Assembly (NCBI GenBank): GCA_035221665.1
Contig: CM069133.1
Location: forward strand, 84,444,001 to 84,508,000
DNA from: Okamejei kenojei
Taxonomy: Eukaryota
Length of the DNA: 64,000 bases
Direction: 5' to 3'
Below are positions 39,707 through 52,270 of this stretch, in pieces. Positions within the stretch are counted from its first letter, which is position 1. Each line of letters starts with the position of its first letter. The notes beneath the pieces are model-generated. The model did no database searches. It saw nothing but the letters and a program-made list of their open reading frames with translations, and was not told where the DNA came from. The translations under genes were made by a program, and so were the position numbers.

Positions 39707-42524
39707 GCAGGGCTGCATGCATGGTGATAAGACAGTATGTACCGTGCCGCACTTCATGATGGTGAATGTCAAAACCACTGGATGGTGGTCAAAAAGGCTT
39801 GTTACCCTAGTTTTCTTCAGCTCTGGGATGATAGTGGTCTACCAGAAACAGACCTTAGAGTAGATTAGTGAGAGATTAGAAATGTCTGTGAATTAGAAAA
39901 GCTCTGCCAGCCTGCCTGCACAGATCCTGAAGACATAGTCAGAGACTCCATCCAGACCATTTGCTTTCCGTGGATTCACTCTGAGGAAGACCGATCTTCT
40001 GTCTGCCACAGTGACAGGACTGGTGCACATGAGACAGGCAGGTTGGGTGACATTCCTCCATCAGCCTTCTGTTCAAAGCGGGCATACAATGCATTGAGTT
40101 CATCGGGAAGGGACCCATTTTCACCAACAATGAGCATAGTGTTAGGTCTGTATGTACAATGTTGAAGCAATGGCAGTGAAACAGGGTGTTTCATAGTGAG
40201 ACTAGAGCACTCAGCTTTGGCTGAATGCAGTGTGAGACACGGTGCATGGTGTTGAGTTCGAACTGAAGTGAGACTGTTTACTGTGATGTATCTCAGCATT
40301 CTTAGGAGATACTGTGGTGGGACATCATGCACTGTGGCAGAGCTGCAGGTACTGTAGCATGACAGCATGTACCATGGTTGGATGATACACACTGTTGTGA
40401 GAAGGAGTGTCATTCTTCTCCAGAAATGTTGTCTGACCTGCTGAGTTGCTCCAGCTTTTTGTGTCTATAATATGTTAGTGATGTTGTTCTGGGTAAAATA
40501 CATAAGTATCCTATTTGAATCTTTAATTGTCCTTTTTGACAAACACGTAATGACAAAGTCATTGTCAAAGACAGAACATGTACACATGCTGGACATTAAT
40601 AACCGTGACCGTAACTTATTCAATGTTTCTATTCAGAGAGGTTGACTGATATTTCCTACCCACATAAAGAGCTGTTAGCTTAATCGCTGTTTTGAAAGAC
40701 CTTCTTTATGTACACCTGTTGGTAACAAGATAACAGCTGAGTCTATATTACAGCAATCAAATCTAAAGCTTTATTTATACCGAGCCAAACTGTGTGGAGC
40801 GTTTAATTATGCTCAGAGAAATTTAGCAGATGTGCCACATGTATACTTATGGCCAACTCAACTAAATATTCACTGCGCCTTAAACCTACTTGAGAAGGTT
40901 CTGGGAGAACCAAGTGCATATCGACCCCCTTGAAGCAAGTGAATACTTAGTATACGTGACAATACATGTTTCTCTTGTTCTATTTGTCTAGATGGTAATC
41001 GGGGGTTGGTAATTATAAAATGCATGGTGGAATGTGTGGGAATTTTGGTTTAATATCCATTCAAACTTATTAATGACCAGTCACTAGGGTAAGGCCTGTT
41101 TCTAAAAAGATTTGGCAGTATTCACTGCAAACTCACAGCCCAGACAAACACAATCAAATTTTAACTTTGTTGGCTATCATCGGGATCTTTGTCCGAAAAT
41201 GTAGCTGCTGCACTTTATTCTGGCACTTTGAAGAAATATTAGATCGGTGCAGAGAATTGAACCTCTGACCTCTGTGGTGGAAGAACCAGTGGCGGTTGGG
41301 GAATGTTATTTTCCTCCCCACCACCCGTACCGTTCCCCCCCCCCCCCACCCCTACCCGTCCCCATTCTGCCCCCACAATTATTGGAGATTTGTCATTTTT
41401 TCAGGGTCAGGGTTTAGAACAAAAATTGGCGGCAGCTAGTTTGATCACTTCAGTTAGTTCCAAACCACAGTTGTGCAGTTACTTTGAGATTGTCTTTGCC
41501 ATTGTGTGCACCGCCAGAAAACTTTCCATCTCTGACCGCTGAACCCTCACCTAATTTATTGTGTCTGAGGATCAACTTGGCCAAATGTGATCTTTGACAC
41601 CCACCCTTGCCCCTAAGGCATAACTCTCAGCAGTGTCGTCTGAGGGCACATCTGAGTTTGATCTCTGGCAATCCTGCACAACTCAATATAATTTGTTGTC
41701 TGTTGTGTTGACCTCATTTTATTTCTGTTGCCCTGCTGTCTCATTGTTGAATGTCTCAGACCAAGAACTGTTAGTGTGAACAGAGAATCATGCACGAATG
41801 CAGTGGAGCAAGAGGCCACGATGATTATGCCTCTTTAGAAGGGTTATCCAAATTATGTGTTGACATACGATCAAAAGTAATTAGAATCAGCAGTAAGCCA
41901 TTCAGCCCCTCATACCTGGTAAGCTCGTGGATAATCTTTTACCCCAGAAAACATCCTGCACCAATCCAATATTCCTTAATTCCCTTAGGGGTCCTGTTTC
42001 CTTGAAATATCAAAGAGAAGTTAAAAATCTCCTGAACCATATATTGAATAGTAAGATTAAACGAGAACTTACCCGTTTGAAGTTTGCTCTTTATTTTATG
42101 TGGGGTTACTATGAGCGATTACGTGAAGAAGGCTGCCAGTCCGCATGTGCGTCAATCTTCAAAGCAGCAGTGTGAAATCACAGATAACGGTCGTTGAAGT
42201 GACATAGTAAGATTAGAGAAGACTAGAACTACCAGATGACCTTTATGATACGAGGGTTGGGAGCAGAGGGCATGTAATCATCATAACTCCTCATAAAATA
42301 AAGATCAAACTTCAAACTTCGGAGTCACGTGAGTGATTCCGTGAAGATTTCAAAGCTCTGTGATGCGTGGAAACGAGTCCATGCGACACACTGCCTCAAT
42401 TGACCCAGGATGAGTAAACAATAAATAATGCATTCAAACATGACACAGACTTAAACATGTTGATGCTTTAATTAGCAAAAAAGAAAACAATAGCGACCCC
42501 TCTCTCTCCAGGGGGAAGCTATAA

Positions 42525-43496
42525 AACAGAACTTAAATGGAGTGGGCAAATACCCCCTGTGTGGCAAGAGGTTTATTATAGAACCTTTGAAATGTCAGTT
42601 CATTTGACCATCGGCCATAAGGATTTGGTCGAGAGGGACACCCAGTGCCCTCGCTGCTGACGTTGATGCAGCCCTGGTGGAATGAGATTTTAAAATGTCA
42701 GTGTCCACTCCCGCACAAACCTGTTTCAGCCACCTTGAAATGGTCTGTACCGTCAACCTTCTTATGAGACTTTTTGTGACTGATGAATATCGTTAATTCG
42801 GAACCTCTGAGGCTCTTGGTGACCTTGGTGACCTTGTTATACTGTTGCAAGTGCGTAACTACACATAACCGAAGGTCTATGGAGTATGGCAAAAAAATAA
42901 GTTTAAGCCCTGACGTCCCTGGCCTGCACTGCTTAATTAAATCATAAACATAAAATGTTATGTTATTTACAGATGAAACCATCCTGTCCAGTCGCAGCTT
43001 CTGCAACATCTGGACGCTTTACGCTGAAACCAGTGCCATGAGCATGACCACTTTGAGAGTGAGTCTGGGCAAGGACAGTGATGTAGCTGGAGCCCATTGG
43101 CGAAGCAGTGTGAGAACCACGCTCACATCCCACAATCTCCATGTACCTGGGCCTGGGGAGATTACAGTTAAAAATATCCTTCATGAACCTGGATATTAAA
43201 GGGTGAGACCCAACAGAGTGTAGTCCCAATCCCTGTCACAAGTACGATGATAAGGCACTCCTGGCACTGTTGATGGTACCATAGCTCAGTCGCTCATCAA
43301 AGTATACTGCTGAAAGAAATTCCAACACATCCGGTATGCTTGCAGTGTGATATGATATGTTCGACTGCAAGCAGAACGCCTCCCATTTCTTGATATGAGA
43401 GATGTACTGTTTTTTAGTACTATCCCTCCAAGCCGCAGTTATCACATCCACTGTACGACCTGATAGTTCGAGTCCCAGGAACGGTCTCCTCAGAAT
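42525..43496 (-). pseudogene. DIRS A tyrosine recombinase, disrupted
   Basis: N-terminal WRDSTKKQY...YGTINSARSALS, HPLISRFMK, ISRWLK, catalytic box KSHSTRAASTS and, after a frameshift, WSNELTFQRFYNKP. Confidence 0.92.
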
Positions 43497-45954
43497 CTGC
43501 AAATCAATAGATTAATACGGTCATGTAGTGGATGGTTCTCCCCAGTCACAGGGTGAACCAGCAGATTACTGCATTTGGGGACAGCCATAAAAGGCTGTGT
43601 TATTAGGCTAAGAATGAGTGAGAACCATGGCTATGTAGGCCAGTCGGGAACTACCAAAATGCCTGAGGTGGAGTCCTGCTTGATCTTAAGCAAGCAGCGA
43701 CCGATGAGGCAAAAATGCGGGAAATGCACACAAAAACATTCCACCCCAGTGTAGCAAGAATGCATCTACCGCTACTGCCCCTGGGTCTGGTTCCCATGCA
43801 ACATACTTTGGTAACTGGTGATTTAGTCTGGATGCAAACAAATCAATGTCTGGTACTCCATACCGAACGACAATATCATTAAATATTTCATGATTCAACT
43901 TCCATTCTGTATTGTCATTGAATTTTCGTGACCTGGTGTCCGCCACCATGTTGAATCTACCTGGTAAGTAGATAGCTGAAACCCAGATGTTTCTTGTAAT
44001 ACACCTGTGCCAAATAAGGTTAGCCAATTTTTCACAGGATACTGACTTGACTCCACCCATTAACGTATGCTACTGTGATTAACGTATGCTTCTGCTGTAG
44101 TGTTGTCAATTTGAAGCTGAACATGCAAGTCATGCATACTAGTACAATATGCCTTTAGGCCATAGAGTGCTCCCAACAACTCTAAATAATTAATGCCATG
44201 TGATTGAAGAATTAATGCCTCATGCATATTCCATCTGCGATTGCAGCTAGAGATGATATCGGTGGCTCCCCATCCTAGAGCACTAACATCAGTTTGTAAA
44301 ATAACTGAAGGTCTCTCAATCAGAATTTTAATGGAGCAATGCCAAATATTCGCTATCCACCACTGTAACTCAGCAATGGCTTCAGCTGCTAACCCCTTGG
44401 GTCTATTGAAGTGACCTGCATGTATTTTGAGTGCCTGCTAATTTGCACGTTGTAAATTTCGATAATGTAAAGGCCCAAACTGTGCAGCTGGAAAGCAACC
44501 ACTAATTTGCCAATTATACTAGACACGTGCCGACTAGAAGGTTGCTGCTCATCAACGAGATTGTTACAAGCTTCTATTAATTCTGATCTCTTGTCCCTAG
44601 GCAGTCACAGACATGTGAGTTGAATTAATGGTGAATCCCAAATAATCAATAACTCTAGATGGTATCAATTTGGATTTAACTGGATGGATGAGAAACCCCA
44701 ACTTCTCAAACATGAGTTTGATAGCTGAAACCGATAATTCAGCTGATTTCCGAGTTTTTCCTATGATTAAGATATCATCCAAATAGGCCGTTACAATATG
44801 ATTCTGAGCACGGGGTAGGCCCAACACCGGTTTTAACAATTTTGTAAATAATCTAGGGGCCGAAGTTAAACCATTAGGCAATGCTTTAAACTGCCATAGT
44901 TGCCTCATCCAGCTAAACTTCAAATATCTCTGGTGATTGCAATGAATGGGTACTGAATAGTAGGCATCTTTAAGATCTATGCATGCCATATAGCATACTT
45001 TGGAAACCAGCAGTTTAGCAGTAACAAAAGATTCTTGCCATAGAGGGAGTACAGAGAAGGTTCACCAGACTGATTCCTTTGATGGCAGGACTTTCATAAG
45101 AAGAAAGACTGGATAGACTTGGCTTGTACTCGCTAGAATTTAGAAGATTGAGGGGGGATCTTATAGAAACTTACAAAATTCTTAAGGGATTGGACAGACT
45201 AGATGCAGGAAGATGGTTCCCGATGTTGGGAAGTCCAGAACAAGGGGTCACAGTTTAAGGATATGGGGGAAGTCTTTTAGGACCGAGATGAGAAAATCAT
45301 TTTTCACACAGAGAGTGAATCTGTGGAATTCTCTGCCACAGAAAGTAGTTGAGGCCAGTTCATTGGCTATATTTAAGAGGGAGTTAGATGTGGCCCTTGT
45401 GGCTAAAGGGATCAGGGGGTATGGAGAGAAGGCAGGTACAGAATACTGAGTTGGATGATCAGCCATGATCATATTGAATGGTGGTGCAGGCTTGAAGGGC
45501 CGAATGGCCTACTCCTGCACCTATTTTCTATATTTCTATGTTTTCATGTTTCCATTTTGAAATGTTTATACTGCACAAAGGACTTAAGTCGAGTTAAATT
45601 AAGGATGATTCGAAACCCACCATCCTTCTTTTGTTTAGGAAATATATTAGACACAAATTGGCGAGATTGATGAAACGACTTCTCAATTAACTCTTTTTTA
45701 GATAACGTTTCAATTTCAGTTTGTACATCCAAAGACTCTTGTTGTGAAAAAAACAATGTCCAGCTTGGTGTATGCCGTGTAGGTGGACGCAAATTGATAA
45801 GGAATTCTATTCGGAACCCTTGTATACTGTGCAGTATAAACAAATCTGATGTTATCCTACACCATTAATTGAAAAACGAGTGTAATCTCCCACCAACTTA
45901 TAACTGATCCATACATTATATGTTCTTAAAAGAACCAGACCCACCTACCTCCAT
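43490..45954 (-). pseudogene. DIRS A pol (RT, RNase H, adenine-methyltransferase-like domain), disrupted
   Basis: KKDGGFRIILNL, IDLKDAYYSVPI, LPNGLTSAPRLFTK, YLDD. RNase H QTDVSALGWGA and INYLELLG. DIDLFASRLN...DAF...AFPAF. A CR1 is inserted at 45031-45548. Confidence 0.93.
45031..45548 (+). mobile_element. CR1 3' end inserted in DIRS A RT
   Basis: ORF 45213-45449 (SRTRGHSLRI...) and a tttctatg tail. The DIRS frame (HFKMET|FVTAK) rejoins across it. Confidence 0.95.
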
Positions 45955-45959
45955 GGTTG

Positions 45960-47097
45960 CTGGTTTATATTTCTGCCCCCGAGTTTTGGAGGGTAAGAAT
46001 GTTGGAGTGCGCCAATTGCACATGTTTGGCAAGGGCCGGCTTCGTCCTTGGCCTGAACCAGCTTTCAGCGAACCATTTGTAGAGATGCTGCCACCGACCG
46101 TTTTCTCCTTGTCGTCCAGCTACCTGACCCATTTTGATAGGTCTTCACCAAACAGAAGATTCGGCGGTTGCACATTGCTAGACTTGCACAGTGCCGCAAA
46201 CTTGGGGTTCAGAGTAGGATGGATGGCACTCTTTCTGAGACAGTTTATTTCAAAATGTGCATTGCACATTAGGGCCAGAGCATTCTGCTGCACCTCAGAC
46301 AGGGGCCCCCCATCGACCGACCTAGCGAAAGCTGTAATGCCTGAAGCGAGCAGCTTTAGTATCTTCTGGAGCCTCACTTCCTGGGCTCTGATACCTACAC
46401 CCATGTGACCCCAGATAGCGTGGTTCACAGTTGGCACTTTGATCGAGGCACAATTGGCGGGCGTTTCGTTTTTTTTTTAAGTTTCTTCCATTGTGAGGTC
46501 TTGCAGCTGGTGTGAGGCCATGTAATTTAAAGTCATGGCCAGATCTTCATCCAGCGTTCCCCAGTTTCAGTCGGGAAAGCAAATTTTGATGCCATGCTTG
46601 GTACCTCCGGTTCGCGCCCTTCTTGCCTTGAGGTATGCTCACCGGCTATACCTCCGAACTCGGAGTCAGAACAAAACAGACGCCGAATGCTCTCCTCCTC
46701 CAGGAGGGAGACATTATACAGCCCTTCAGCAGATGCCGCTGCCACGGGCCCCCGAGGAGACACGCGGATATATAGCTCCTCTTGCTGGAGCCTATCGTGA
46801 TGGAGCATCCTCTCCATCAGATGCTCCATCCTGGACAAACGTCCGGAGACGCTATCCATTGTGGGAGGGGAACCCTCCTGGCCTGACTCGTCTGAGTAAA
46901 CGGCCCTTATTAGTGGCTTTCCATCCCACCGGAGTAGCCACGGTGCTTTCAATCGGCACCAAGTCTGAAGCCATTGGCCGTTCCGCCAGTGACTCTGAAG
47001 GAGAGATAGATGGTCGCCCGCTACCCGCGCTCCCGCGGTCTTCCATAGCTGCTCTCCCGGCGGCCCGCCTCGACCTCACCTTAGTCATTTTCTCCAT
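45960..47097 (-). pseudogene. DIRS A ORF1 (gag-like), frameshifted
   Basis: Pieces 46852-47097, 46533-46952 and 46120-46437 (PTVNHAIWGH...LRKSAIHPTLNPKFAALC...LLFGEDL) are homologous to copy B ORF1. Confidence 0.85.
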
Positions 47098-47455
47098 TAG
47101 TTCGAACTTGCTCCTGTAACAAGAATTACCGACCCAAGAAAACAACCTCAACTAAGTTTTAAACACTTATCTGAGGGTTTTTAAAACTTACCGCTGGTGG
47201 AGCTACATGCCTGCCAGCCCGTCGTTGCGCCATGCATCAGACGTAATGATGCGCATGCGACCTGGCAGGCATCTTCACGGAATCACTCACGTGACTCCGA
47301 AGTAAAATCCCATAGCATCAGCTGGATGGTATGAATATTAGATTAAATTATACATTCCTGTTCTCGACATAATCAGATGCACTGTACAAATATTCAGTGT
47401 TACATTCCTATCAAAGAGCACTGAAAATGCAGTAAAGGAAACATGATATGGATAT

Positions 47456-48257
47456 AGACACAAAAAACTGGAGGAACTCAGTGGGTCAGACAACATCACT
47501 GGAGAAAAGGAGAAGGAGACCGCAGGAGATGCAACACCTGTCCCTATACCTCCACCCTCGACTCTGACCAGGGACCCCGACAGTCCTTTCAGATTAGGGA
47601 GAGTTCCACTTGCACCTCCTCCAACCTCAGTTATTGCATCCATTGTTCAAAGTGTGGACTCTTATACATCAGCGCGACCAAACATAGACTGGGCGATCAT
47701 TTCGCTGAATACTTTCGCTCTGTCCGCCTGGGCCTACCTGATGTCCCGGTTGCCAAACACTTTAATTCCCCTTCCCATTCCCACACTGACCGTTCTGTCC
47801 TGAGCCTCCTCCATTGCAAGGTTGGAGGAACAGCATCCCAGATTTCGCTTGGGCAATTTACAACCCAATGGTATTAATATTGATTTCTCTAGCGTCAAGT
47901 AACCCTTGCAACTATCTCTCTCCATCCCTCCCCCATACAAGTTGTTGTACTAGCTTCAAAGTCATCTTGTTGAGTCTCATTGTCTGTAACTCATTTTTGC
48001 CTCGACCACAGTTAACAAAGGGCCTGTCTCCTTTATCATCGTTACCTTTTTGCATATCTTTCTTTAATTTGTTCTATATCTCTCTATAACACCGTCTTTG
48101 TCTCTTGTTTCCATTTTCTGTGACTCTCAGTCTGAAGAAAGGTCTTGACCTGAATCATTACCTATTCCTTTTCTACAGAGGTGCTGTCTGACCCGCTGTT
48201 CTCCAGTTTTTATGTCTATCTTCAGTTTAAACCAGCATCTACAGTTCCTTCATACAA
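47456..48257 (+). mobile_element. Penelope-like element (GIY-YIG endonuclease region) with inverted 5' pLTR piece and 13-bp TSD
   Basis: 47522-47900 translates RRCNTCPY...TCTSSNLSYCIHCSKCGLLYISATKHRLGDHFAE...PVAKHFNS...LEEQH..FRLGNLQPNGINIDFS. TSD atgatatggatat at 47443-47455 and 48258-48270. Confidence 0.93.
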
Positions 48258-48288
48258 ATGATATGGATATGTCTGACTTTATAAGATA

Positions 48289-49057
48289 CTAGACCAAGCG
48301 CGGACCCGTTGGGTCCCGTTCCCCCAATGCAATATTCCACCAAACTGCGCATGCGCGGCTGATGGGCCCGCACTTTCCGCTGATGGCAGAAATTAAGTTA
48401 AAGTTAATAAAGTGAATGGGGGATCCGTGGAGGCGTTTATAAAATAGAACAAAACTTACCCTTTGAGCCGTTGGGCCCCCGTTGTGAGGCCAGGCAAGTA
48501 CATGCAGAAAAAAATTGTCTATCTGAAAATTGGCAAAGACCTCACCTGCGCACGTGTGGATACCGGGCCTACTGTGCACGTGCGGGGAGACACCATCATT
48601 TTGTGTCACTGCCATGACACTGGCACAATATTCTATTACGATGCGGCTGACAAGCCTCTCGCAAATGTGCAGGCATGGCCGTCAAGTGGGGCGCTGTTTC
48701 AAGTTAATGAAAGTTTAAAATGTCAATAATTTGAAAGATAAAACATCAATCGGAACGAAATGGCTAATGCACATCAGAGGACAATGATGAGTAAGGTGGG
48801 CCTAAAATTGTAGCACTATCATGTACCATTTTNNNNNNNNNNNNNNNNNNNNNNNNNNNNNNNNNNNNNNNNNNNNNNNNNNNNNNNNNNNNNNNNNNNN
48901 NNNNNNNNNNNNNNNNNNNNNNNNNNNNNNNNNNNNNNNNNNNNNNNNNNNNNNNNNNNNNNNNNNNNNNNNNNNNNNNNNNNNNNNNNNNNNNNNNNNN
49001 NNNNNNNNNNNNNNNNNNNNNNNNNNNNNNNNNNNNNNNNNNNNNNNNNNNNNNNNN
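48289..49057 (-). mobile_element. Non-autonomous Helitron (5' end lies in N gap)
   Basis: a|CTAG at 48289 next to the hairpin ggaccc-gtt-gggtcc. Shares the block gagtaaggtgg...tagcactatcatgtacc with neighbouring copies. Confidence 0.8.
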
Positions 49058-49064
49058 TAACATA

Positions 49065-50423
49065 CTCAACTAAGTGGGACCCCTTGGCTCCCATTCTCTC
49101 ACAGGAGGCCTGGTCCCCCAACACAATATTCCACCTCTCCACCAATCCCAATATTTCACCACTTACGCATAGCCCCCAAATGCACAGGGTGGCTGAAGGG
49201 TTCCCATAGTGACGCCTCTGATCACGGCTTGTGGACTCACAGTTCACTCAGTCATGGCTTGTGGACTCACAGTTCACTCAGTTGCGGCTTGTGGATTCAC
49301 AGTTCATGCAGTCATGGCTTGTGGACTCACAGTTCACCCAGTCACGGCTTGTGGACTCACGGTTCACTCGCTCATGGCTTGTGGACTCACACTTCCCTCA
49401 CTCATGGGAGGGGGTATGTGGGGGAGGGGAGGTGTGTGGGTGTCTGTGTGGAGTGTGTGTTGGCGAGGGTGTGTGTGTGCGGGAGGGGATGAGTGTGGGG
49501 GGAGGGGGTGTGTGGGGGAGGGGGATGTGTGGGGGAGGCGGGTGTGTGGGTGAGGGGGGTGTTGGTTGGGGGGGAGTGTGTGGGGGGAGGGGGGGGTGTA
49601 GGGGAGGGGGGTTTAGGGGAGGGGGGTGTTGGGGAGGGGAGGTGTAGTGGAGGGTGGTGTAGGGGAGGGTGGTGTAGGGGAGGGGGGTTTAGGGAGGGGG
49701 CGTGTAGGGGAGGCGGGTGTAATGGAGGGGAGGTTGTAGGGGAGGGGAGGGTGTAGGGGAGGGCAGGGGGGTGTAGGGGAGGGAAGGGGGGTTGTAGGGG
49801 AGGTGCGGATGTAGGGGAGGGGTTGTGAAGGGGTGGTGGGATGTGGGAGGGGGGTGTGTGGGCTCACCAGTTCCCGGCCCTGCCTCCAACTGCACTCACC
49901 GGCTGCAGGACCCGGTTCCGGACCCACTCATCTGCTCCCATCTGCTCCCATCACCAGCTCACAGCCCCCTGCTGCGGTACACAGCCCGCCCCCACCCGCA
50001 GAAAACACCCCACCCCGCCAGCAGAACACAGCCAGCCGCCGCCCGTGGAACACAGCCCACACTCCCCTGCTTCAGCTTTAAACTCGGCGGCTTCTGGACG
50101 GGTGGCTTCTGGACTGGCGGCTCCTGGACGGGCGGCTTCTGGGCATGTTCATAGACTCAGCCCTGACTCCGGGGTTTTATTCTTCGTTACCTTCATGGTG
50201 ATGACAGGCGAGAAGACCAATCTGCTGATCTCACGATTTGTTAAACCTTCATAACTTTTGTAATCCTCCACCAATCGGAACAATACTTGGTGGCTTGGAG
50301 CAGAGGGGAACGGCGAGTAAGGTGGTGAAAAAATCCTTGCGATATATGGTACTGTTTTTGTGCAAATTTAAATACAAAACAGACCGGAAGTGGTAAAAAT
50401 GAGAGTTTTAGTAATAGTATAGA
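49065..50423 (-). mobile_element. Non-autonomous Helitron with 30-bp minisatellite, G-rich tract and 15-bp repeats
   Basis: Minus strand begins a|TCTATACTATTACTAAAACTCTC at 50423, with a mutated 3' end at 49065. 30-bp array 49222-49405. (GGGGA/GTAGGGGA)-rich tract 49410-49860. (ggcggcttctggacg) array 50086-50143. Confidence 0.8.
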
Positions 50424-50427
50424 TTAA

Positions 50428-52270
50428 CTAGACCAAGTTGGACTGTAGGGCCCCATTCCCACAAAGCAATATACCACCACTCATCCATTCCCCCTACGTA
50501 ACCCATTCCCCAACGCAATATTACACCACTCACCCATGGCCCGCAACTGCGCAGGCACAGCTCATTTCCCCTCATCCCCCAACACTCTCTCCCCTTCCCC
50601 TTCACCCTCCCTCTTCTCTCCCTCTCCTCCTCCCCTCCTCCACTCCCTCCCTCTATCCCTCTCCTTTTCCTTACCTTCAGTCACCCCCTCCCTCTGCCTG
50701 CAGTCTGTCCACCCTTTTTTATTTTTATTTTTAGTCCTGTTAGATCAAAATGTTTGTTGTCAGTCTTATTTTATGTGGTGGGTGGGGGGAGGGGAAGGAG
50801 GAAACTTTATTCTGCAGTTTTCCTCCGAATCGCATCTTTGTCCTCTCCGTGCAGCCAACCCTTGGACTGGAGCAGCGTTTCCTGCCGGGACCGGCCAGGA
50901 CTACAGCTTCGCCGGTGGCATGGCGCTGGGCCACCATCATGGAGCGGGCGATGCCTTACCGGGCCGCCGTGCGGTAAGCTCTGGAGTGCTGTGACCGCTG
51001 ACTCCCAACATCGCGGAGCTGTGGCTGAGGGCTTCCAACCACGGGCGGCGCTGAATTTAAAACACCACGGAGCCTGGGATCCGAGATCACCAGAGTTGGA
51101 GCTCCAAACAGTGCGGCCTGAGGACTTTGGGTGTCACAGTCTCCGGGGAGGGAGCGGCCGCTGAGGACTTTTCCATGCCACTGAGGACTTTTCACCCGAC
51201 GCCGGTGTTCTATCTTCCCGGCAGGTGGGCCTATAACAACGGGCCGCCATTGCGGCAACTGGCTGCGGAGGCCTCAAATAGACCCCGACCTCGGGTGGTC
51301 TAGGAGGAGGAGGAGGAGACTGGACTTTTTGGTGCCTTCCATCACAGTGGAAAGTGTTGATTCTGCTGTGGGTGCATTTTCGTGTTGAATCCTATGGTGT
51401 ATTGTGCTTTTTTTTCTTCTTTTTTATTTTATATGGATGTATGGTAATCTAATTTTTTTTCTGTAAAGCACTTTGGCTTCAACATGATTTGATTTAAAAG
51501 TGCAATATAAATAAAAATTACTTACTTACCTATCTCTACCCTATCGCACTCCCCCACTAAACACAATGTTTAAATAACATTTATTCTCCTCCTTTCCCCC
51601 ACTCCATCCCTCTCCTTGCAACAATGTAACAATCCTCTTGTTGCACTGGGTGGAACACTGTTGATTGGCAGCTTATGTAAATGAGTTCCCATTGTGATGT
51701 CATTGTCAGGTGGAGCACTGTTCTTGACAGCTTATGTAAATGAGATACCATTGTGACATCATAGCTGCGAACTGCCAGAATCTGCCAGCAACTGCCACAG
51801 CACTTATTCTCAAAGTAGGTAAGTTTTGTAAAGTTATAAATATCAATAACTTGTGAAATATAACATCGATCTGCACAAAACTTGACACAAACCACCACAG
51901 GACAATTGTAAGTAAGGTGGTGCAAAGATGTTAGCGCTATCATGTACCGTNNNNNNNNNNNNNNNNNNNNNNNNNNNNNNNNNNNNNNNNNNNNNNNNNN
52001 NNNNNNNNNNNNNNNNNNNNNNNNNNNNNNNNNNNNNNNNNNNNNNNNNNNNNNNNNNNNNNNNNNNNNNNNNNNNNNNNNNNNNNNNNNNNNNNNNNNN
52101 NNNNNNNNNNNNNNNNNNNNNNNNNNNNNNNNNNNNNNNNNNNNNNNNNNNNNNNNNNNNNNNNNNNNNNNNNNNNNNNNNNNNNNNNNNNNNNNNNNNN
52201 NNNNNNNNNNNNNNNNNNNNNNNNNNNNNNNNNNNNNNNNNNNNNNNNNNNNNNNNNNNNNNNNNATAGA
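50428..52270 (-). mobile_element. Non-autonomous Helitron containing a nested retroposon
   Basis: a|CTAGACCAAG at 50428, shared ccccaacgcaatatt block, shared 5' block before the gap, and ataga|t at 52266-52271. Confidence 0.75.
50735..51531 (+). mobile_element. GC-rich SINE-like / LINE 3' UTR insertion with L2-type tail
   Basis: Ends tgtaaagcactttgg...aaaagtgcaatataaataaaaa(ttac)n, typical of L2-mobilised elements. The 5' boundary is approximate. Confidence 0.55.

Larger units (their letters stand above)
38442..40130 (-). mobile_element. Rex1/Babar-like RT fragment interrupted by a MITE and a SINE
   Basis: Minus-strand blocks SLPDELNALYARFE (~40075-40115), RVNPRKANGLDGV (~39945-39985), PVVLTFTIMKC (~39750-39785) and KCFERLVMAH (~39342-39372). 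Confidence 0.8.
42047..47308 (-). mobile_element. DIRS1-type tyrosine-recombinase retrotransposon, copy A (end to end, inactivated)
   Basis: Order is gag-like, RT/RNaseH/MT, YR. Inverted terminal repeats at ~42115-42155 and ~47250-47280. Internal complementary region 42271-42347 matches both termini. No TSD. Confidence 0.95.

Noticed and set aside
42525-45954. Integrase + DNA methylase + RT read as a prophage, retron or bacterial defence island
   Set aside because: Domain order, ITR/ICR structure and vertebrate repeat context identify a DIRS1 retrotransposon.
49209-50254. Gly- or Pro-rich ORFs and GGFWT repeats
   Set aside because: Translations of G-rich tracts and minisatellites.
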